Below are positions 1-38,400 of a stretch of DNA of 64,000 nucleotides, piece by piece. Position 1 is the stretch's first letter. The number at the start of each line of letters is the position of its first letter. A model generated the notes under the pieces. The model was not told the origin of the DNA, did not search any database, and worked only from the letters and a program-made list of their open reading frames with translations. Origin of the DNA: Vicugna vicugna (lineage: Eukaryota). Location of the stretch: the NCBI GenBank assembly GCA_013265495.1, contig MU061578.1:4597308-4661307 (forward strand), in the 5' to 3' direction. A program made the position numbers and the translations under genes.

Positions 1-272
1 CTTCCACTTAAGTTGGTATTTCGATACTGGCCTAATATTTATTTGTAACAGAAATACGATGTCGCCTGATGTTCTGTTTGTTGTTATCTGTTGTCACTTC
101 TTGGTCTCGTTGATGCCACACATCCAGCACTGAGCAATGGTTGGGTGAAGAGAGCCCTAAGGGAGGACGAGCCACTTTTTTAACTGACTTTGTAGAGTAA
201 CCATAAAGTAAAACGGAGCCACACAGCCTCTGGGAAATGTCCTGTCAGCTGACTTTGTGCTTCCTCCCACAG

Positions 273-30709
<30,437 letters not shown>

Positions 30710-30835
30710 GGCTGTGCGTGAGCGGCTGCCCAGCCCCACTGGGGTCTCCCAGATGCTGAGTATGTGCCCAGGCTCCTGTCACCTGAGCAGCCGTGCTGCT
30801 GGTCCCTCTCTGCTCCCAGGAGGCGCTGGGAGGTA

Positions 30836-30841
30836 TTTATT
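30836..30841 (-). terminator. Candidate distal PKD1 polyadenylation signal (AATAAA on -)
   Basis: TTTATT on +, left half of an 18-bp palindrome; no clear GU-rich downstream element on -. Confidence 0.35.
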
Positions 30842-30847
30842 TGCGCA

Positions 30848-30853
30848 AATAAA
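30848..30853 (+). terminator. TSC2 polyadenylation signal AATAAA
   Basis: First AATAAA after the TSC2 stop, about 140 nt downstream. Confidence 0.85.
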
Positions 30854-30918
30854 GTGCCATTGTTCCCAGGCCTGTGCGCTTAGACAGACAGACGGGAGCG
30901 GTCAAGTCAGCCAACTCA

Positions 30919-30924
30919 TTTATT
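30919..30924 (-). terminator. PKD1 polyadenylation signal AATAAA
   Basis: TTTATT on +; on - it is followed about 20-30 nt later by GTCTGTCTGTCT (GU-rich downstream element). Confidence 0.8.
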
Positions 30925-31463
30925 TGACTTCGTCTATCAGGGGACAGGGTGGGATTAAGGCTGTAGCTTTGGCCATGCCCACTGGACAAGGGCAGTGGCC
31001 TATCTGGCTGCTGGTGGGGCCTCACCCTCAGGAAAGCCTCACGTGCCACCATGTGGGTTCTCACACATGCACTGTCACACTCACCTCTCCTGGCCCGAGA
31101 GCCAGCTCCCGGGGAGAGGTCTTTCCCCTTACCTACCCTGGGGTCCTGTGCCATGCACGGGCCCTGTCCCTCCCCTAGACCTGACGCCAGCAGGCCTAGG
31201 CCTTCCTTCTCCCTGCCCCACCTTGGGCAGGGCAGGAAAATAAGGCCACAGTGGTGATGGTGCCCCATCCAACAGCCCCATCTGCCCAAGGCCAGACTTG
31301 GTTCCAAGAAGCAGCTGTTGCTTCCCCAGCCATAAAGGCAGGTGTCTGGGGAAGAAGGCCAGCTCTGCAGTCCCAGCTCCCCCTCGCTGTGGGTGACAGT
31401 GGGTGCAGGTTGGTTCAGCCACCAAGCCCCTTGACCCTACTGAAAAAAAGCGACGTACAAAAA

Positions 31464-31471
31464 TATATACA
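31464..31471 (-). promoter_or_regulatory. Candidate Pumilio response element UGUAUAUA in PKD1 3'UTR
   Basis: TATATACA on + = TGTATATA on -, fits UGUANAUA, within an AU-rich block. Confidence 0.45.
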
Positions 31472-31716
31472 TTTTAACCCCACATAAATTACTGACAATA
31501 GACACACAGCGGTGGCTGGAGGTGAGTGCACTCAGCAAGGGGGCAGGAGGTAATAATTTAGGGGGAGGATAACAGGAAGTGCAGATTCCCTCCCCGCAGC
31601 CTGGATCCTTAGCAAGGGGAGATAGATGTCTGCCCAGGAGGTGGGGCCGGGCACAGCCCGCTGTACCTGAGGACTTGGGAAATAAATTAGCATCTCAGAG
31701 GCTGGGCACTCAGTCC

Positions 31717-31723
31717 AATACTG
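31717..31723 (-). promoter_or_regulatory. miR-200b/c/429 7mer-m8 seed site in PKD1 3'UTR
   Basis: AATACTG on + = CAGTATT on -. Confidence 0.7.
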
Positions 31724-31786
31724 CTGTGTCCTCCCACAGGGAACTGAGGAGGGGACCCTGGGTCCTGGCTGGCCACATGGCCTCTT

Positions 31787-31794
31787 TAAAGTGC
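31787..31794 (-). promoter_or_regulatory. miR-17 family 8mer seed site in PKD1 3'UTR
   Basis: TAAAGTGC on + = GCACTTTA on -; a miR-17 cis-repressive element is established for PKD1. Confidence 0.85.
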
Positions 31795-31893
31795 TGAAGC
31801 CCACAGAGAGACAGACAAGTGCTGTCCATTCTCTGGGGGACCTGTGTGCAGCTGTTCTGCCTGGCCCGAAACCTGGAGGGTGGCAGAAGATAA

Positions 31894-31900
31894 TAATACT
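31894..31900 (-). promoter_or_regulatory. miR-200b/c/429 7mer-A1 seed site in PKD1 3'UTR
   Basis: TAATACT on + = AGTATTA on -. Confidence 0.65.
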
Positions 31901-31986
31901 AAGCGGCGTCTGCTCTGGCTCTGAGGGGCCGGAGTAAAGTCACAGGCCCACCCCAGGGAAGAGGCATGAGCCCAGATGCCCGGAGG

Positions 31987-32466
31987 CTAAGTGCTGCTGG
32001 GGTGGATCTTATTCTTGGCCCGCAGGGACACCCTGCTGGGGCCTGTAGTCAGGCCAACCCCTCGACTGGCCCGGGCCAGGCGGCTGGGCAGGGCTGGCCG
32101 CAGGCCTGGGAGGGGGAAGGTGGGAGTGGAAGCTGGGGGCCCACTGTTCCTGAGGCCACGCAGGCTCTGCAGCCGGCGTTCCAGCTGATAGACGTCCTCC
32201 GTGGCCTGGTTGAGTCGGTCGAACTGGGCCAGCAAGGCCTCAAACACAGCTTGGAGGCGGGAGGGCTCAGGCTCTGTCTCCCCTCGGGGCCCTGGCCGGC
32301 CCAGGCCCATGTTCACGCTCAGCCCGTCCAGCTGGCTGGAGGAGGTGGAGGGGCGAGAAGCGTCGGAGCCCCCACTGGGTGGGGGCATGTCCGGAGAAGA
32401 CTTGGAGCCCCTAGATGAGCGGGAGGGTAATGGCTCCATCCCTTCAAAGCGGACTTTGTGGCGAAA
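31987..32466 (-). CDS. PKD1: PKD1 exon 46, coding part to TAG
   Basis: cccag|FRHKVRFEGMEPLPSRSSRGS...coiled coil LQAVFEALLAQFDRLNQATEDVYQLE...KNKIHPSST*. Confidence 0.96.
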   Translation of the reverse strand, partial: FRHKVRFEGMEPLPSRSSRGSKSSPDMPPPSGGSDASRPSTSSSQLDGLSVNMGLGRPGPRGETEPEPSRLQAVFEALLAQFDRLNQATEDVYQLERRLQSLRGLRNSGPPASTPTFPLPGLRPALPSRLARASRGVGLTTGPSRVSLRAKNKIHPSST

Positions 32467-35400
32467 CTGGGGGCGGCACAGGGGCTCGGTCAGTCCGGCT
32501 GCGCCCTGGGCTCGGCTGCGCCCAGGGTGCGTCCCTCTCCCCCCCACTGGGCCGTACCCACCTCCTTAACCTTGCTGAAGCCCATCCAGAGGCGCAGCCT
32601 GCGCAGGAACAGTTCCACCATCTCGTAGTCCTGCGGCTCCCAGGCTGGGCGGTAGAGCTCCCCCCGCAGAGCATGGTACCGCCACCGCAGAAGGACTGCC
32701 CCCAGCCTCAGGGCACCCCACAGCCGCAGGGCCCAGAGCCCGGTGCACAACACGGGGGACAGGCGCCAGGACTCGGCAGGGCACAGGGCAGGACTCCCAG
32801 CACCTGGGCACAGCACCAAGAGGGTCCGAGCTGCGCTCCGAAGGGAGTCCACACAGGAGGAGACCAACTGCAGGAAGACGGCAAGAGTGAGGGGCTGGCA
32901 CAGGCTAAGCCACCCTCTCCCACAGCCCCACAGAACACCTACCAGAACAGCCAGCTGGGCGTAGGCCACGGCAAGCACCACCAGGCCCAAGGCTGCCCCC
33001 GCGAGCTCCGGCAGGGCGCGGCACAGTGTCTTGCCGAAAACCGACCACTGGCGCACAAAGCGCAGCTGCTGGGCGGACTGTAGACAAGTGGCATCAGCTG
33101 ACCAACCTGCTAACGCCAGCTGCCCTGCCCCGCCCCGCCAAACCAGCCCTCACCTTGACTAAAAGCAGGAAGAGCAGCGAGGCCGCCAGGCCGCGGGCCA
33201 CGGCACTCAGCTGTGCCACCTGTTCAAAGCTGGTGAAGCGGCGAGGACGGCGGCGCAGGAAGCGGGTCCACTGGCGGTCGGCGGCGCCCAGCTGGGCCAG
33301 GCGCACCAGCGCAGCGGCTGCCGTCAGCGCCACCAGCAGCCACCGTGCCCAGGTCCCAGGCCGCGCCGCACGCCCGCGCCCCTCCCGGCGCCAGGCACGT
33401 ACCTCGGCCCCCGAGAAATACACCGCGAACAGCAGCAGGCTCACCTGCACGGCGGGGTGGGGAGGGGATCAGGGCCAGGCTGGGTGGGCGTGGCCAGTGC
33501 CGGGCTGAGTGGGCAGGCGGGGCCAGTACCGCGGGGGCGGGGCCTACCGAGGTGAGCAGTGGCAGCGAGAGGCCGGCGCTAAGGCGCCGAAGGGCGAACG
33601 GGCGGACGCTGAGGGCCGCCACGGCGTGTCCGGCGGCTGGGAACTCAAGGCGCAGCGTGACTGAGGCGTGCAGCCCCACGGCTGGGCTGTAGCGCGTGAG
33701 CTCCACGAACACTGCGCGGCTCCTGCGCGTTAGAATGGGGCGGAAGAGGGGCTGGAGTCGGAGTGTGTGGAACGGAACGGCTGGCGCCATCGCAGAGTAA
33801 GGGGCTTGGACGGCAGGTGTTGGGGAAGGGTGGGGCATGCCCTGGAGAGGACGTGGGGCTGCAGTGGGGCTCGTTGGGCCACTCTGGGGAATGATCAAGA
33901 CCAGCAAACCTGGGGTGTGGGAGTGGACTGGACCACTGCTGCATGGTGCCTGCAGAGGGCAGGGGGATGCAGCTGTGGCCGGTGTGCCGAGAGGGTGGGG
34001 GCAGGGAGGGGCCAAGCGCCCACCTGTTGTCTATCCAGTTATGCAGCTGCAGGAAGCCCAGCTGCGCGCGGCTCTCCTCTAGGCTGGGCCCAAGCTCCTG
34101 CACGTAGCCCCCGCTGTCATACACAGCACAGGAGCCCCAGTACCAGACGCTGCAGGTGAGGGGGCAGTGTCAGAGTGGTGCCCTGCCCTGTGGGAACCCG
34201 AAGCATGCTGGGGCCAGGGGCTGCTCTGGAGAACTCCTCCCTCCTCCCTCCCCGGCACCCTGGCCCGCCCTCCCTGCTCACCCTAGCAGGTCTGGTGCGG
34301 AGTAGGCCCATGTCTCAGAGCCGTTATGGGCAGCACTCCCCCAGCCAATGGCATAGTCACCGGTGCTGAAGCTCCCTGAGGCTGCTGAGCATGTGAGGGC
34401 CCCTGAGCCAGGAGGTTCTGGGCAAAGTGCTGGGCAGACAACCAGGGAATTAGCATGGCTGACCCAGGAACACTTACTGTCTACCAGCCTCCTGGGCTGA
34501 GCTCTTCATGATCTCACCAAACCCTCCTAACTATGCAGAAGATAGATGTCATAGTCTCATTTAAGATCAGGAAACAAAGGCAGGAGGAGGTCCGCCAGCT
34601 AAGGGAGCTGGAACCAGCCCCCAGCCAAAGGCTTCTCTTTGGAAAAAAGCAAGGTTAAGTGCCAGAGTACCCTTCCCCCACTCACCTTCCTGCAGCCGCA
34701 CCTGCCGTAGTCGTGGGGGCCCCAGCTCTGGTCTAGATTGGTTCCCATGGATGTAGGGGAGCAGCACATGGGACATCCACGGCCAGAACTCATCAGACCT
34801 ACCCACACAAGACAGAGTCACATGCTCCATCCCTCAGCCCTCTGTGGCCACCACACCCACGGGGGTCAGAGGCCCAGAGAGCTCAGCTATGAAGCCCTGC
34901 CCAGCTCACAGGCAGCTGCCAGTGCTGGTTCCTCAACCTCAGCTTCCTGACACATGGGGGCAGATACGCTGCTGTGGGGCTATACTTGGGCACGTAGGGT
35001 GCTGAGCAGAATCTGTGGTCTCTACCCATTGCCAGCAGCACCCACTCCAGTTCTGATAACCAAAAATGTATTGAAATGCTTCCCACTACCCCAGGGGCTG
35101 GACTGGACAAGGGCAGGACCAAAGTGACCCTGGTTGGCAAGAGCACCACCCTGGCCCAGCAGACAGACATGCGTACAGAGAGGTGCGTGCATCATACCGG
35201 GTGATGGCCAGGAAGGCCCGGCTGTCCAGCTCCTGCTTGATGGCGCTCTGCAGGTGGTAGGCATGGCTGTGGCATGAAGTGTCCCCATAGTTGGCCAGCA
35301 GCGTCACCAGCAGGAAGAACATGTATACCAGAAGGCCCTGGGGGGCAGGGGTAGCCGTGGGGTCAGCCAATCCCAGCCTGGCCCCCCATAACAGAGCAGA

Positions 35401-38400
35401 CTTATGGACAATGGGCAGCAAAGTGTCCATAGCCAGGGGGCCTAGTGCTGAGAGAGCCAGGCCTGGGGACAGACAGGGTCAGTGAAGGCCGAGGAGCCGC
35501 ACCAGGGCCCCTGAGGCCAGGCAGGAACATGCATCTGAGTTGGGCATGAGAAGCCAAACAAGGACTAGGGGCAGAGGATCCAAGGTGATGAGAGGGAGTG
35601 GGCACAGAGGCTACAGTGCCCCAGAACCCCTGCTGAGGGGCCTTCAGTGGTCAGGAGAAGGGCACATATGAGATTTTTGAGAAAGGCAGACCTCCTGGAA
35701 GATGCTGCCCTGGCCAGCAGGCCAGAGAGGGAGGGCCCGAGCTCACCCTTAGCATCCCATGCAGCCTCTTGACCTTCCGGGCTTCCTCCTTTGCCAGGAA
35801 GAGCGCAAAGCCATGGGGTGGCCGCACTCGGGGCACACGCTCGCTCACAGGCGTCACAGCCGGGCTCTCCACCAGGGTGTCATCCTCATCGGGGTGCAGC
35901 CGCTTGGCCACCAGTGAGAAGTATAGGGCTTCCAGCAGGATCTGGGCCAGGAGTGGCATCAGAAGGGCCCTCGGGTGCCGGCAGCCAGCAGTGTGGCCCC
36001 TCGCATCCCACTTACCTTGAGCGGTTCCCAGCAGAGGAATGAGGCCAGGAAGCTGGAGCTGCTTGAGAGGAGCCACATGACGGACACACTGGGTGGGAAG
36101 CTGGCACCCACCCACCCCGACACCCCCACGGCCATGGCCACCAGGAGCAGGCTGAGCCCATGAGCCAGGGGAGCACACCAAGCAGGCAGCAGTCGCTTCC
36201 GCAGACCCTCCACCAGCCCTGGGGAGGCAGACACAGACAGGTTACTGGCAGCCCAGAAGAAGGGACAAGGAGGGTCATCTGGGGGATGCGGGAGCACACC
36301 TGTCCTGGAAAGCTTGGCTGACTGGAGCTGCTCCCACGTCGGGCCCGGACTAGGCGGCCCTCTCTCCTCCAGTTTCTGCAGCATCAGCGTCTGAGTCCTG
36401 TCCCCGGGAGTGCTGGACCTGAGGCACAGGAAGAGGGACCAGCCCATGCTCACCTGGCAGCCTGTACACTGCCCCGGGATGCAGCCAACCCACTTCCTCG
36501 GCACCAAAGGTCCCTTGAGCCTCTGGCTCTGTGTGTCTCCTTTCCTATTGCCCATGGAGAGAAAGGACAGTGCCCCAAACCAGAGTGGACATGGCGCATG
36601 GTGCTGGGGCTCAGAACACCACTGGTCACTCTGGGGAGGGGCCCACATCCACCCTGCTCCTCAGGCCAGGAAATGCCATCAGCTTCTGTCCATCTCCCCC
36701 TCACTTCCAGCTTAGTCCGCAACCAAGTCCTGGCCTTGCACCTCTGGGACTTGTTGCACCCCATCCTGCCGCCACCCCAGCAGCCATCACCTCAGAGCAT
36801 GACCATCCAGCCACCGGCCTCGTCTCCCTGCCTGCTCTTCATGCTAGTGAATCATGACTGGGTTCTCAACCTTCCAACAAGTGCCACAGACCCCAGAGAG
36901 CTACCTGCCCCATGGAGCCACCCTGACCTGCCCAGAGCCAGGGCCACTACAGACGGGAGGCAGGGAGCTACAGGGGCGGGAGAAAGTATGGAAGAGAAAG
37001 AAAAGAGGGAAGCAAAACCATGAGAGGCACTTCTAGGAAAAAAGTGCACACACTGAGCAGTGGTTCTGCACAGCTGTGCCCTGAATGTGTCAGAGGAAGA
37101 AGAGGGTGGGCCCCCCCCCCCCAAGCTCTGGCACGTGCCTGCCACTGAGCTGCAGCAAATGTTTCTGGTTTTATGCGTCTCCTAGAGAATAAAAGGCACT
37201 GTGTTTTCTGAAGGTAGGAAGTCATGGGACACATTTTCTTCATGAAATGGACTTTTCTGATGAAAAGTAGCATAAACTGTAGAAAGTAGGAATACAACCG
37301 AGAACAGACATCTAACAGCATTTCCGTCATGCAGGGAACAGCAGTGTTAGTTTTTTTCTGTCCCTTTTCTGTATGTGTGTTTGTATTTCACACATGGATA
37401 TGAACATGGCATATCAGGATCATATAGTGGATCTAGCATAGAATTTGCAGAACTTTATGTTAGACTCTGAGCTGCATGACAGCTGACTATGTGTGTTACT
37501 GGATTAATATTCATTGATCCCTTTAGTCACAACAAGTACGTTATCCCCTAACTGAATGCCAGGCACCATTCCCAGCACTGAGTGACAAGAACACAGTCTG
37601 TGCACATATCGTGTGCACATGCTGGTGGGGGAAGCAGACAGTCACACGAGTGAAGCAGGGAGGACACGGAGACAGAGGCTCGTGCCTGACGGTATTTACA
37701 TGAGACAGGAAGGCAGACGCTGACCAGCAGCATCTGAAGGAGGACCTGGAGGAAGCAGAACACGCAGCTCTGGTCTTGGTGGGGAACTCAAGGCAGAGGG
37801 AGCAGCAGACATGAAAGGTGAAGACAGGAGCGAGGGATGGAGGGTGGCAGGAGACAGCAGGGGAGGTGGTGGGGCTGGCCGGTCAGGTGTAGTTGGTGGA
37901 GTGCCATGTTTTGAGGATGTTCAAGCAACCTAGCAGTGAGGTCCAGAGAGGGAGGAGCTGGGAACTCCCATGACAGCCTGCCAGCCACCTTGCTGCAAGT
38001 GAGCATTTGGGGCTGACCTATTAAGTGGCAGTAGATACCACGGCCCCAGGGGTGGAGTGACGGGGCCTGCTGCAGGGAACAGGCTCTCTCTGGCACAGAG
38101 TGGGGATGAGCTGCAGAGGATGAGCAGAATGGTCCACGTAGAGGAGGATGTTTGGGCAGATGGAGAGAAGAGGCAGATTCTGGACCTGCAAAGTAGCTGA
38201 CAGAATCTCAAGTGAGGAAATACTAAAAGAGAGTCAAAAATGAATCCAGAGTTTGGTCTGGGACTTTGGGCTTTGGGACTAGAGGTACTGGGGTGGTCAC
38301 TGCTAATTACTACTACTTTGAGAAGCTTGTGTTCTGGGACAGTTCATGTATCTCAGTAATTTTTGGTTGCTTAAAAGCTAGAAGAGTTAAAATGAATGGA

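Larger units (their letters stand above)
33000..33800. other. Intragenic CpG-rich island over PKD1 exons 42-44
   Basis: Visibly dense CG dinucleotides and GGGGCGGGG boxes compared with flanks; not formally scored. Confidence 0.65.
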
